Notes under the pieces: model-generated | The model's database searches: none | What the model saw: the letters and a program-made list of their open reading frames with translations, nothing else | Told to the model about the DNA's origin: nothing | Made by a program: the position numbers and the translations under genes | In this document: positions 1 through 9,815 of the stretch, one piece after another | How positions within the stretch are numbered: position 1 is the stretch's first letter | How the letters are laid out: the number at the start of each line of letters is the position of its first letter | Origin: Marine group II euryarchaeote REDSEA-S11_B3N4 | Lineage (GTDB): Archaea; Thermoplasmatota; Poseidoniia; Poseidoniales; Thalassarchaeaceae | DNA length: 64,000 nt | NCBI GenBank assembly: GCA_001628485.1 | Contig: LURR01000012.1 | Coordinates: forward strand, 53,611-117,610 | Direction of reading: 5' to 3'

Positions 1-610
1 CTGATGCCTCAGCATGATCTGCACCATGCTTGTGTTTCTGCCAGTGAAGGCCGACTTCATCAGGGCCGAAAACTTGGCTCCTGTACATCCCTAGGTTGTG
101 AACTCCGGTTTCTGGATCTGATGTGACAACAAGTGGAAGCGTCATGAAGGGCCCGCCATCCTGGGGCCAACTCGTTGGGATGGGGAGCCTAGTCACATCA
201 GGATTTTCCATCCTGACCTGCTGACATTTCCCCCTCGAGACTCTCCTAGGAGCCATTGAAATTCCTTGTTTTAGCAACCCAAGACCTGTCCACGGCCTCC
301 TCAGGATTCCTCCTATATCCGGCTTCATGAGGCCAGTCATCATTTCACCGATTTCCTTTGGCTCCACGACACCCAGCGCGAGATTGGTCCTGTCACGGGT
401 TCCGAAGAGGTTCATCGCAAGGGGGTACCTGCTGATACTTCCATCTCCCAACCTGGGCTGATCGAAGATAACCGCTGGGCCGTTCCTCTTTACCAACAGG
501 TCTGCGATACAGCCCGCTTCTAGCTCGACATCGACTGGATGGCTCACTCTCAACAATTCGCCTCTCTGTTCCAGAGCCAGTATGAATTCCTCTAGACTTC
601 TCCAACCCAT
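1..610 (-). CDS. ubiD: UbiD-family decarboxylase (quinone biosynthesis), truncated by the left edge
   Basis: Hand translation from ATG at 610: MGWRSLEEFILALEQRGELLRVSHPVDVELEAGCIAD...NLFGT...LPIPTSWPQDGGPFMTLPLVVTSDPETGVHNLGMYRSQV...LHWQKHKHG, matching UbiD N-terminal and FMN-binding motifs. Not in the ORF track. Confidence 0.9.
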   Translation of the reverse strand, partial: MGWRSLEEFILALEQRGELLRVSHPVDVELEAGCIADLLVKRNGPAVIFDQPRLGDGSISRYPLAMNLFGTRDRTNLALGVVEPKEIGEMMTGLMKPDIGGILRRPWTGLGLLKQGISMAPRRVSRGKCQQVRMENPDVTRLPIPTSWPQDGGPFMTLPLVVTSDPETGVHNLGMYRSQVFGPDEVGLHWQKHKHGADHAEAS

Positions 611-703
611 GCCATAACGCAGTGCTCTTGGCATGAGAAGGTTTGTCTGTTTTGGAGGGTATCAAACCGAGGGTTTCTTTGATAGGGCCCTTACCGTAAC
701 TAC

Positions 704-1948
704 GTGGGCGACGGAATGACGGTCTGCGACGTTCTTGTTGTGGGGGCTGGTCCCGGAGGAGGAAATGCCGCTCTGCAATGCTCACGAAAGGGGCTATCAA
801 CGATAATTATCGAGGATCACCCCGAGATAGGAACCCCGGTTCATTGTGGAGAGTGCATTTCGGAGATAGCTTGTCAGAACCTAGAGCTTACTCTCCCGGA
901 GGAGGTAATCAGCAAGAGGGTGCAAGGAATAAGAGTCATTTTCCCAGATGGTACCGAAAAGCGACTTACCGAGGAGGGTTATGTTCTGGAGAAGCACCTC
1001 TTTGAGAGGTGGATAACAGACGAGGCAGTCTCAGCAGGCGCCACGCTCAACCTAGGACACAAACTACTTTCCATGGAGAGGGCCGAAGGAGAACCGTTTT
1101 CAGGATGGGTTTGTGATGGCAAGGGGGATCAATTCCCCATAATGGCCAAGATAGTAATCGATGCCTCGGGGGTTGCAGCGGTCTGCTCCCGTTTAGTCAA
1201 GCCTGATGGAGAGAACCCTCTGAATCAAAAGGGCAAGGTTGTCGCTGGGATGCAGTACGAGCTTCTAGAGGTGCCCACTGATGGTTATCTGGATTTCTAC
1301 ATATGGCCTAGCTATGCTGAGAAAGGGTACCTGTGGATGATTCCCAAGTGCGATGGCAGGGCAAATGTCGGACTCGTAACCGAGGACAAGCCCAGGACAA
1401 AAAAGGCTCTCGATGAATTCATAGCAAACACACATTTTAGTGAATCTGAACAGGTTCTTCCCCCGTGGAAAGAAAAGGGGAGCCCGGCCTTCGGGGGGAC
1501 CATCCCAATCTCGGGACCCTTCGAGCGGACCCACTATGACGGGCTGATTTTAGTGGGAGATGCTGCAGGATTCACCTCTCCCCTGTTCGAGGGTGGCTCC
1601 CACCTGGCATTGAAATCAGCCGTTTTCGCGGCAAATACCGCTGCAAACGCTATTTCAGAAGGAGACCTCACCTCGGAGAGGCTATCAGAGTACACTAGAC
1701 TATGGAAGGCAGAGTTTCCACCTTATGGCAAAATTCTGAGGGGGAAGACAGCCCTCTTCGAACTATCAGATGATGAGATGTCCGTTATGGCAACATGCTT
1801 TCCGGATGAGATGTCGGGGATGGGAATTACCGGTAAGGCGATGGTCGGGCTCAGACTTCTATTCAGAAAACCAACGTTGTACTTGAAGCGAATCGTGCCA
1901 GCGATGCTAGCATTTGGATACAGCAGGGCGAAGTACTACGGATGGTGA
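704..1948 (+). CDS. Geranylgeranyl reductase family FAD oxidoreductase (digeranylgeranylglycerophospholipid reductase-like)
   Basis: GAGPGG dinucleotide fold, PVHCGE, GYLWMIPK and LVGDAAG..SPLFEGG motifs. The true start may be the ATG four codons in (MTVCDV). Confidence 0.88.
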   Translation: MGDGMTVCDVLVVGAGPGGGNAALQCSRKGLSTIIIEDHPEIGTPVHCGECISEIACQNLELTLPEEVISKRVQGIRVIFPDGTEKRLTEEGYVLEKHLFERWITDEAVSAGATLNLGHKLLSMERAEGEPFSGWVCDGKGDQFPIMAKIVIDASGVAAVCSRLVKPDGENPLNQKGKVVAGMQYELLEVPTDGYLDFYIWPSYAEKGYLWMIPKCDGRANVGLVTEDKPRTKKALDEFIANTHFSESEQVLPPWKEKGSPAFGGTIPISGPFERTHYDGLILVGDAAGFTSPLFEGGSHLALKSAVFAANTAANAISEGDLTSERLSEYTRLWKAEFPPYGKILRGKTALFELSDDEMSVMATCFPDEMSGMGITGKAMVGLRLLFRKPTLYLKRIVPAMLAFGYSRAKYYGW

Positions 1949-1951
1949 ACG

Positions 1952-4321
1952 ATGCTCACCTTTCTCGGGTACACGTTGGTCTTCCTAGCCCTGCTAGTCA
2001 GCCTGTACCTAGTAATCCGCCCCGAGGCTAGCTCACGGTCTTTCTTGAGGACGGCTGCAATGGGGGCCCAGTCCTCTCCCTTCCTGCTTCTGTCACTATC
2101 ATTCATTTTCGAAGCGACGTCGCTGGATCTCGTCTCGAGTTACGTCGGTGAGGGATTGCCATTCTTCTATCGCATTTCAGCGGTATGGGGAAGCAGGTCC
2201 GGGCCTCTCCTTATGTGGGCCTCGATGATGAGCGTAATCGCATGGTTGATGTCTAGGGACAGAACGACCGATGCTGAAACCATAAGGGTCATGCACTTCT
2301 GGACATTACTTCTCCTGCTTATCTCAGCAGGCCTGCGCCCCTTCTCCCCTGCTATTCCCGGCTCTGCTGGGGAGATCAGTCCCTTGCTACAGACAGACCT
2401 GATGGTGATTCACCCGCCAGTGGTCTTCGTCTACTACTCACTGTGCCTTGCGACGGCTAGCATTGCGGTGTCTGGCCTGATTAGGTCAAGGCCCTCGAAT
2501 GAGACCCACGCCTCGATGATTCCATGGGCCAGATACTCATTCCTGGCAGGAACAATCGGCATAGGGCTTGGTGGTCTCTGGGCCTATACGGTTCTGGATT
2601 GGGGAGGGTATTGGGCATGGGACCCAGTCGAGACAGGATCACTTCTCCCGTGGCTGGCACTACTTGCTATACTTCACTCGAGAGCAAGGCCAAGGGCATC
2701 CAATCCCTACGCATTATCGCCCGCGTTCGGAATGATAACCGGGGCTCTGGTGATGCATGCCACCCTGGTTACCCGAGCAAACGGGGTCTGGGCCTCTGTC
2801 CATGCCTTCGTGGGTGATGGGGAGAATTCTCTCCCGAGGGACCCATATGTACGCGTCCTGGAGATTATCGATTTCACCGCAGTAGGATTCGAGATCACGG
2901 TCTACATGACGTCAGTTTTTGCCCTGCTCGGTCTTTCGGTTGCCCATGCCCTGAGGGAGCAGAGAGCCACCCTGCTCGCAAAGGGATCACAGACTCTGTA
3001 CGAGAAGAACCGGTTTCTAGCAGTCTTCCTGTTATTCTACTTCGCTGCTGTCGGTCTCTGGATAGGCTCATCCGCAGTCCTCTTCTTCGGGCTAGCCATT
3101 CTGACACTGCTTATCTTCGGGGATGGAGACGAACCCCCGGTCCATTGGGTCTCCCTTGGAGTCCTCCTGATGCTCTTCTCGGGATGGGCGTGGATCTCCG
3201 AGTGGTACCAGTCTTTGGCTGGAATCGCGCCTTTCCTCCTGGTTTGGGTAATGCCCGATGAACAGAAGGACGACTTCTCTCGAATAACCGGCTTAATTTT
3301 AGATCCCAAAAAGAGGGCCGTCATGGCTCGGTCCTTTCCATGGTACCTGTCCGCGGTATTCCTGCTGCTGACCTGGGTCCTACTGACTGTCGAGATAGAG
3401 GGCACAAGCATCGAAGCGCACGAGTACTATGGTGCCCCTCTGGTGTCCCTTCTCGCCGTGGGGCTAGCACTGTACGCTTGGGGCGACAGGATAAGCGGCA
3501 GAGCAGGAGCAATCGCGCTCTCGGTGACCTTGGCCCTCTCAGTGGTTCTAGCCGCTTTCTCGGATAGGCTGGAGCTGCCTGGGAATCAGGACGGAGCAAT
3601 CACGGATAGCATTTCCAGGGGCGCTGTCTCCATGTTCATCCTGACCTGGCTAGCCCTGGCCATCCCGCCAACGCTGCTGAAGCTGTGGAGGAGCTCTAGA
3701 AAGACGATTCCCATAATAATCCGTGGCGGCATAGCGACTCAATCAGCTCGAGCGAGGTTACTGGGCACCCACATCGCCCATGCTGGCATCCTGATCCTGC
3801 TGGTGGGGCATGTCCTCACTACCACTCTTGTTGATAGGACAGATCCGTCCCACTTCGTCACACTGGAGAGAGATGTTCCGATACAGCATCAGGGGATGGA
3901 GCTCGTGTTCACCGGGGTAGAGGTCCTATCCGCAGACGAGGAAGGCTACGGGTACCGCATAGGAGACGGCTATGTTGGAGTGGTCATCGAGGCGAGGGAC
4001 GATGGTGGTTCACTGCTCGGGACTATCACGCCCGGAATGCTCCGCTTTGATTCTCCCTCCGGCATGGTGTCCGCCAGATCGGAGGTCGATAGGCTGACGG
4101 GGGTGACAGGGGACACGATAGTAATCCTGGACCTACTGCAGTCAAACGAGCTCTTGTCATCGATGATCCTGGGCCAGTCTGACGATGTCAGCGAGGTCAG
4201 GGTCACCGTACACCGCCTCCAGGGCAGCCATCTCGTTTGGGCGGGTTGGCTAATGGTGGTCATTGGGAGCGCCTTCGCATCCCTCCCAAGAAGAGTGACT
4301 GAACCATCCGAGGACGAGTAA
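1952..4321 (+). CDS. ccmF: Cytochrome c maturation heme lyase CcmF
   Basis: WWD motif [11 protein letters not shown], conserved His in IHPP, LHS, SVHAF and AHAG, and many TM helices. Confidence 0.88.
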   Translation: MLTFLGYTLVFLALLVSLYLVIRPEASSRSFLRTAAMGAQSSPFLLLSLSFIFEATSLDLVSSYVGEGLPFFYRISAVWGSRSGPLLMWASMMSVIAWLMSRDRTTDAETIRVMHFWTLLLLLISAGLRPFSPAIPGSAGEISPLLQTDLMVIHPPVVFVYYSLCLATASIAVSGLIRSRPSNETHASMIPWARYSFLAGTIGIGLGGLWAYTVLDWGGYWAWDPVETGSLLPWLALLAILHSRARPRASNPYALSPAFGMITGALVMHATLVTRANGVWASVHAFVGDGENSLPRDPYVRVLEIIDFTAVGFEITVYMTSVFALLGLSVAHALREQRATLLAKGSQTLYEKNRFLAVFLLFYFAAVGLWIGSSAVLFFGLAILTLLIFGDGDEPPVHWVSLGVLLMLFSGWAWISEWYQSLAGIAPFLLVWVMPDEQKDDFSRITGLILDPKKRAVMARSFPWYLSAVFLLLTWVLLTVEIEGTSIEAHEYYGAPLVSLLAVGLALYAWGDRISGRAGAIALSVTLALSVVLAAFSDRLELPGNQDGAITDSISRGAVSMFILTWLALAIPPTLLKLWRSSRKTIPIIIRGGIATQSARARLLGTHIAHAGILILLVGHVLTTTLVDRTDPSHFVTLERDVPIQHQGMELVFTGVEVLSADEEGYGYRIGDGYVGVVIEARDDGGSLLGTITPGMLRFDSPSGMVSARSEVDRLTGVTGDTIVILDLLQSNELLSSMILGQSDDVSEVRVTVHRLQGSHLVWAGWLMVVIGSAFASLPRRVTEPSEDE

Positions 4322-4391
4322 AGGCCCTCATCGCCCCTTACCGTTTGAATGAAAAAGGGGGAGCCGGTCGCGAGGCCCCTGAGGTGCTGTA

Positions 4392-5084
4392 ATGGATAAT
4401 GGCTCAATCGTTCATGTAGACTATGATTTGTACAATGCTAGCAATGACAAGCTGATAGAGACAACGAGGGAGGAGGTAGCCAAGGAACACGATATCCATG
4501 ACGAAAACAGGGAGTACTCCCCAATGATTACAACCGTCGGAGATGGCAGACTAATTCCCGGTTTCGAGTCTCACCTGGCAGGAGCCGAGGCTGGAAAGGA
4601 TTACGAGTTCGATATCGAACCAACCGAGGCCTATGGGGATAGGGACCAGAACAAGGTTGAGACTATCTCACAGAATGTCCTCCTAAGGAGCGTAAGAGAC
4701 CCGAACACACTGGCAATAGGGGCTCCAGTCGAGATTGGTGGGAGACAAGGAATTCTTCAGTTCATGAGTGCTGGTAGGGCTAGGATAGACTACAACCACC
4801 CACTAGCAGGGGTCACCCTGAGGTACAACTATCAGATTGTTAAGGTCGTTGAGGATAGGGATGAGAAGGTTCAGACCCTGATGAAGATGAACACCGGAAG
4901 AGACGACTTCGAGATCGAATTCGAAGGTGACGACCTCACGATGACTCTCCCGGAGGAGATGGCTTACGATCAGAACTGGGCATTCACGAAGTTCTCTCTG
5001 GTCACCACTCTGAGGGAGAATGTAGGAGTCGCCAAGGTAATCTTCCGAGAGGTTCACGAGCCAAGGCAGATCGAAGAAGAGTAA
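4392..5084 (+). CDS. slyD: FKBP-type peptidyl-prolyl isomerase (archaeal long-type, SlyD-like)
   Basis: LIPGFE, EAYG and DYNHPLAG motifs plus an archaeal C-terminal domain. Confidence 0.92.
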   Translation: MDNGSIVHVDYDLYNASNDKLIETTREEVAKEHDIHDENREYSPMITTVGDGRLIPGFESHLAGAEAGKDYEFDIEPTEAYGDRDQNKVETISQNVLLRSVRDPNTLAIGAPVEIGGRQGILQFMSAGRARIDYNHPLAGVTLRYNYQIVKVVEDRDEKVQTLMKMNTGRDDFEIEFEGDDLTMTLPEEMAYDQNWAFTKFSLVTTLRENVGVAKVIFREVHEPRQIEEE

Positions 5085-6596
5085 CTAGATCATTCTCGGA
5101 ATGATAACCGGTATTAGCAGAATCAGTAGGATGAAGATACTACTCAGGCTGCTGATTCTATTCGATATGTTCTCGATCCGTATCGGATGAGAAGACCGAC
5201 TGATCTTTCTCAGTACCGAGTGGACCCCATCTCTAACAAGGTGACCACCATCGAAGGGAATCATGGGAATCAGGTTTGCGAAACCAAGAAGGAAGTTGAT
5301 CCAGACAAGCCAGAACAGGAAGTCGAACAGCATCAACATCCCATCAGTTCCGAGGACCGAACCCATGGTCCCGCTTCCAGCAACCAGCATCTCCCTCTCT
5401 TGGAGGATCATCGTCTGCCCTTCGTTTGAAATCGGGACATTAAGCATTAGAAGAGGGCGAATCAAAGTGAGTATTGCCGTACCTGACGCTGAGTACTCTC
5501 CGTCGATGATATTGGCATATGCATCCACTCCCGCCGTTGATGAAACAAGATCGGACACGCCTAGGAAAGCATCACCGGGCTCAATTTCCAGTAATTCCAG
5601 TAGTTCTACTCTGTCTTCAATAATGCAATCACTATCTTTCTCACAGTCTTCGATGTAGTACTGGTAGCGATCACCCATAGTGACAGTTATGCTCCTCTCT
5701 GACCAAATATCAGTGGAATCATCCCTGGATAGCACGGTTAGTTGGGCAACTTCCCCAGCGGAGAGTCCGCCCATCTCATTCGAGAAATCGGAGTAATCAG
5801 AGATCTCGATACCATCGATATGTGTAATCGTCTCGAATGGCATTAGGCCGGCTTCTTCTGCCCCTCCTCCGACCACAATTCCTCTTGCATGAACGCCTTT
5901 GTTTTCTGCCGCCATCCCACTGGCAACAGAACAAAGGAGAATCAAAACCACGTAGGTTACGAAGATATTGATAGAAGGTCCAGCTGCGAAAAGCCTCAAC
6001 CTGTCTCTCCGGGGGGCCCTCTCCATCTCCTTCTCTTCGGGCTCTGCGAAGGCCCCGATGGGCAGAGGCCCCAGTTGAAGCAGTCCGAAGCTCCTCAACC
6101 TCATTCCATGGGCCCTAGCTTGAATTCCGTGACTGTATTCGTGAATCACTATCGCAACTATGAGTGCCAGGGCTGGCCACCATAGTGGGACGAAGCTGGT
6201 GACTCCTGGGATAAGCAGTAGGTCGCTTGCAGGAATGGACTCCTCAGGAGGACTTACTGCTGCTGCGACTGCACTAAGGAGAAGAAGCAGTACAACCATG
6301 AACATTACAAAGAAGCACAGCCAGATTGAGACCTCTCCGAATCCCCTCCAGAATCTTCTGGGTTTGGATACTGATTCCAGAAGACGCATGCCTCTTCTAG
6401 TTCTGATCATCAGGATAATCCCTAGAGCTCTAGTTGCATCCATCTTGTCCAGGAGGCCTGTCGACTCTGCGTACAACAAACCCGAATACCAAATTGCGAG
6501 TAGAGCTACTAACCAAACCGGTGCACCTAGGTTGTACACAAGGAATAGCAGTAGCAATGGGATTAGGATGCTCCTATTCTCCCCCTGTTCCGCCAT
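5085..6596 (-). CDS. Site-2 protease (M50) with PDZ-like insert
   Basis: HEYSH zinc motif, GAFAEP, AAGP and NLIPMIPFDGG. Confidence 0.92.
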   Translation of the reverse strand: MAEQGENRSILIPLLLLFLVYNLGAPVWLVALLAIWYSGLLYAESTGLLDKMDATRALGIILMIRTRRGMRLLESVSKPRRFWRGFGEVSIWLCFFVMFMVVLLLLLSAVAAAVSPPEESIPASDLLLIPGVTSFVPLWWPALALIVAIVIHEYSHGIQARAHGMRLRSFGLLQLGPLPIGAFAEPEEKEMERAPRRDRLRLFAAGPSINIFVTYVVLILLCSVASGMAAENKGVHARGIVVGGGAEEAGLMPFETITHIDGIEISDYSDFSNEMGGLSAGEVAQLTVLSRDDSTDIWSERSITVTMGDRYQYYIEDCEKDSDCIIEDRVELLELLEIEPGDAFLGVSDLVSSTAGVDAYANIIDGEYSASGTAILTLIRPLLMLNVPISNEGQTMILQEREMLVAGSGTMGSVLGTDGMLMLFDFLFWLVWINFLLGFANLIPMIPFDGGHLVRDGVHSVLRKISRSSHPIRIENISNRISSLSSIFILLILLIPVIIPRMI

Positions 6597-6673
6597 GTTG
6601 ATTACAATCGTCCTTGTCTCTTCAACCTGCTCTAAAACAAAAGTGAGAATACCTCCGACTGATTCGCGTAGTC

Positions 6674-6859
6674 ATGTCAAGGGCATTCGGAGGCTCCGCA
6701 AGGAGTACCAATCGCAGAATCGACTCTTTAGCTAGGGAGAGGGACAGTATCGGACGAATCCTGGTCCAAGCTGAACTTCATAGCGTTAGGGAAGAAGTTG
6801 AATCTGTCAGGCAATCACTGGAACAGATAGAAGGGCTCCTTTGCGGTACGAGAAATTAG
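6674..6859 (+). CDS. Small hypothetical coiled-coil protein (61 aa)
   Basis: Fills the intergenic gap, ATG start, heptad pattern (LHSVREEVESVRQSLEQIEGLL), 4-bp convergent overlap with the next gene. Confidence 0.5.
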   Translation: MSRAFGGSARSTNRRIDSLARERDSIGRILVQAELHSVREEVESVRQSLEQIEGLLCGTRN

Positions 6860-7431
6860 CTAACTACTGTTTCTTTAGCGGACGAATTGCCCGAATTGGA
6901 CCTCACTCCAATTGCTCCTTCCGAGCTACAAATTAATGACAGGAACCTGTGCACTGGCATTCCAGCATTCCAGTCTAGGTGAGGGGTACCTCTGCTTGTT
7001 AGTGGAAGTGCGGGGATACTTCTGGATAGGTGTCTAAGTTTTCCGGTCAATCCCTCAACTTCTACTTTCATGATTCTCCAACTATCCCCCCTTACTCCCT
7101 TCAACCTGAAAGCATAAAGCGGGAGAAGCCCGCATTTCTCACCAGTAGATTTCAGGGAATTGTACTGGTCCATGGTTCTACCTGAGAGGTATATCCTCTC
7201 GCTCTTGGAGGTCTTCACCTCTATTGGGAAGCAAATGTCTCCCCTAAGAGCAAGCAGGTCACCAGTCCCCTCTGAACCGCTTCCTGGGGCCCGAACTACC
7301 AGAAAAGGCCTCTTTACGACTCTCATTGCTTTCGCGCGCTCAACTTCAGAGCAAGATCTCGTGACAGCGCGGACTCCCTTTATTTCTCCAGCGAGAACCG
7401 AACGCAACTCTCTTTCGTAACTGGTCCCCAT
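6856..7431 (-). CDS. hjc: Holliday junction resolvase Hjc-like PD-(D/E)xK nuclease
   Basis: G.SYEREL, RAPGSG and GDLLA...IEVK motifs. Start taken at MGTSY. Confidence 0.8.
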   Translation of the reverse strand: MGTSYERELRSVLAGEIKGVRAVTRSCSEVERAKAMRVVKRPFLVVRAPGSGSEGTGDLLALRGDICFPIEVKTSKSERIYLSGRTMDQYNSLKSTGEKCGLLPLYAFRLKGVRGDSWRIMKVEVEGLTGKLRHLSRSIPALPLTSRGTPHLDWNAGMPVHRFLSLICSSEGAIGVRSNSGNSSAKETVVS

Positions 7432-7474
7432 GGCGCTATCCAATTCTCAGGGTTATTGAGGACACCGGTCCAAA

Positions 7475-8152
7475 TCACTGAATCTTTCCCTTTCTGTAAT
7501 CCCTGGTTCTGTCTACACCCGGGAATTGATCCTCACTTTCTCTATAGACAGTTTTCATGTTATTCAAGAAATTGTCTTCATTGGTTACAATGAGAACCAT
7601 GTCAACCCCCGGATCATCCTCTCCATCCATCCACGGGAGAATTATTTCCATGGTCATCCTAGCTCCCTCTCTGTGCGGGTATGCGAAAACATCCATTCCT
7701 AGCGGTGGGAGGACGAGAGTCTTCCTAGGCTCGATGGTCTCTACTGTCTCGAATAGAGCACCGTATGAGTTTCTCAGAAGCTCCCTCCTGAAGTTGTCCT
7801 GCGTGGGCCTCCTACAGTCTGGACCAACTACATGCACAAGTTTGGATACTGGGAGGTCGAAAGCATCCGTAGTCACTGCCTCCCCGACTCCACATGGCTG
7901 CAGATTCAACTTCCTCCTCTCTTTTGCAATATTGGCACATGCCTCCCTGAGGCCGTCTCCAGCAGCTTGCTGCATCCTCTCATCCAGACCTTCTCTTCCG
8001 GCTAGTCTACTATTCGCGGGGATTACCATTATGTCCCCCTCTACGCCGACTATATCTCCGTAGAGAACCCGTACTTGTCCGTGCGTACATTCTCTCACGA
8101 TTACAACATCGGCCATAAGCATGCGAAGGCAGGCCATCGGATATGTATCCAT
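7475..8152 (-). CDS. Macro domain protein (ADP-ribose-binding fold, divergent)
   Basis: GDI, PANSRL, AAG, GEAVTT and VHVVGP motifs. The likely start is ATG 8116. Confidence 0.85.
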   Translation of the reverse strand: MDTYPMACLRMLMADVVIVRECTHGQVRVLYGDIVGVEGDIMVIPANSRLAGREGLDERMQQAAGDGLREACANIAKERRKLNLQPCGVGEAVTTDAFDLPVSKLVHVVGPDCRRPTQDNFRRELLRNSYGALFETVETIEPRKTLVLPPLGMDVFAYPHREGARMTMEIILPWMDGEDDPGVDMVLIVTNEDNFLNNMKTVYRESEDQFPGVDRTRDYRKGKIQ

Positions 8153-8211
8153 CGTAGGTATTTTCAGAAAGACTAGGGAACTTTAATCGCCACGAACCCC
8201 CTCCCATAGGC

Positions 8212-8445
8212 ATGTCAACCGGATACGTACTCCTAGATGTAGAGCCAGGAACGGAGTATACGGTGTTCGAAAAAGCCTCTTCACTGGCCTTCGTTTCTGA
8301 TGCCCAAGTTCTGTTCGGAGACCATGACATGATATTGAAAATAGAAGCTGACAGCATGGGAGAAATTGCAAAACTAGTTGTCGACTCAGTACGCTCGATT
8401 GAGGGAGTAACTAACACGAAAACCCTGGCTTGTGCAGAATTATAG
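8212..8445 (+). CDS. Stand-alone Lrp/AsnC ligand-binding (RAM) domain protein
   Basis: YVLLDVEPG...VLFGDHDMILKI...IEGVTNTKT pattern. TTTAAT lies 30 bp upstream. Confidence 0.85.
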   Translation: MSTGYVLLDVEPGTEYTVFEKASSLAFVSDAQVLFGDHDMILKIEADSMGEIAKLVVDSVRSIEGVTNTKTLACAEL

Positions 8446-8549
8446 CATTCGCATCTACTAGAAATCAGCCCACTTTGCTTCAGTATGCCGATATTCCGGC
8501 TCAAGTTTATTATCTATGTAATACCACAGCTAGCCGGAGGAATCCAAGA

Positions 8550-8813
8550 ATGGCAGACAAGAAATATTTCGTGTTAATGCAGAACGGCAAGGACACTGCT
8601 CAAGTGTTCCACAGCAAGCAGCCCAGAGGAGCAGCTCTGAAGGCAGCTTCAAGAGGTGTCACCGACATCCACCTCAGGGAAAGAGGAACAAACAGAGTTC
8701 ACGTGTTCTCTGGATCAAAGAGCAAGGTCCCTAAGGGGGCGAACGCACCAGACTGGCTACCTGACATGATAAACAAGGCCAACGTGAAGAAGTTGCGAAT
8801 CGACCGTATTTGA
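8550..8813 (+). CDS. Non-histone chromosomal protein MC1
   Basis: YFVL...VFHSKQPRGAALKAASRG...LRERGT..VHVF...PDWLP..I.K.NVKK. GGAGG precedes ATG 8550; the ORF-track start 8430 is too long. Confidence 0.9.
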   Translation: MADKKYFVLMQNGKDTAQVFHSKQPRGAALKAASRGVTDIHLRERGTNRVHVFSGSKSKVPKGANAPDWLPDMINKANVKKLRIDRI

Positions 8814-8884
8814 GCATAGTCTGAATCGACTTTCACATGTGGTTTTCCTGTACAAGTAGCGGAAGCCAGGGAATCTCGAAGAAT

Positions 8885-9814
8885 TTAGTCCGAACGGAAT
8901 CTCTCTCGGGCCCTTTCTGTCCTCTCGCTTTCTAGCTTCTTCGCCTCTTCTATTCTAGCTCTCTCGGCATCTTGAGCAGTAGTAGCCTGCTTATTGTTCC
9001 CAGGATCGGCGGTCTGCACGAACTCTTCCGAGAAATAGCTTAAAACTCCTGATGTTAGGTTTCCTACGGCTTTAATTGGGTTTACCAATGGGTCGAAATA
9101 TTCCGTTACTACCCTTTCTTTCAGTGGAATCAGAGCATTATCTGTAATTTGTATTCCTGCGGGACACACTTCAGTGCAACACCTTGTGATGTTACAATAG
9201 CTAATTCCAAAGTCATCTTTAATTTCTGGAATCCTATTCTCGGTATCCAAAGGGTGCATTTCTAAACTAGCGAGTCTGACAAAGAAACGAGGTCCTGCAA
9301 ACTCATCGAATTTCTGGTGCTCCCTCATCACGTGACATGTATTTACACAAAGCATACACTCAATACAAGACCTAAACTCTTGAATTCTGTCAGCCTCATG
9401 TTGGTTGAATACCCAATCAGGGTCTTCTGGGCCGTTTATCGGCTTGATCTTCCTATCAACCTCGTAGGCCCATGAAGTATCTGTTACCAAATCTCGGACC
9501 AATGGGAATGACTGCATCGGCCGAATATCCACAGGGCCCTCGTAGTCTCCCATTTCTTCCTTTATGTCATCCATTCTTGTCATGCACATTAGTCTTGGCT
9601 TGCCATTAACTTCCGCACTACACGAACCACACTTACCCGCTTTACAGTTCCAGCGACAAGCTAGGTCCGGGGCTTCCTCTGCCTGAATTCTATGAATCAC
9701 ATCCAGTACAACCATGCCCTCATCTAGGTCCACAGTATATTCTTTCATTTCTCCAATTGGAGAACCAGATTCATCCGGATGTCCTCTGAAAACACTGAAT
9801 GTAACTTTATCCAT
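8885..9814 (-). CDS. sdhB: Succinate dehydrogenase/fumarate reductase iron-sulfur subunit
   Basis: CKAGKCGSC...C, CIECMLCVNTC and CNITRCCTEVCP clusters. Confidence 0.95.
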   Translation of the reverse strand: MDKVTFSVFRGHPDESGSPIGEMKEYTVDLDEGMVVLDVIHRIQAEEAPDLACRWNCKAGKCGSCSAEVNGKPRLMCMTRMDDIKEEMGDYEGPVDIRPMQSFPLVRDLVTDTSWAYEVDRKIKPINGPEDPDWVFNQHEADRIQEFRSCIECMLCVNTCHVMREHQKFDEFAGPRFFVRLASLEMHPLDTENRIPEIKDDFGISYCNITRCCTEVCPAGIQITDNALIPLKERVVTEYFDPLVNPIKAVGNLTSGVLSYFSEEFVQTADPGNNKQATTAQDAERARIEEAKKLESERTERARERFRSD

Positions 9815-9815
9815 C

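Noticed and set aside
393-800. 135-aa minus-strand ORF in the track
   Set aside because: It overlaps the real UbiD frame and the reductase start, and has no recognisable motifs.
4356-4380. GC hairpin upstream of slyD as a riboswitch or ncRNA
   Set aside because: It is too short, overlaps the presumed promoter, and matches no RNA family I recognise.
6856-8152. Macrodomain + nuclease as a DarTG-like toxin-antitoxin or defence pair
   Set aside because: No ADP-ribosyltransferase is present, the nuclease looks like housekeeping Hjc, and the context is core genes.
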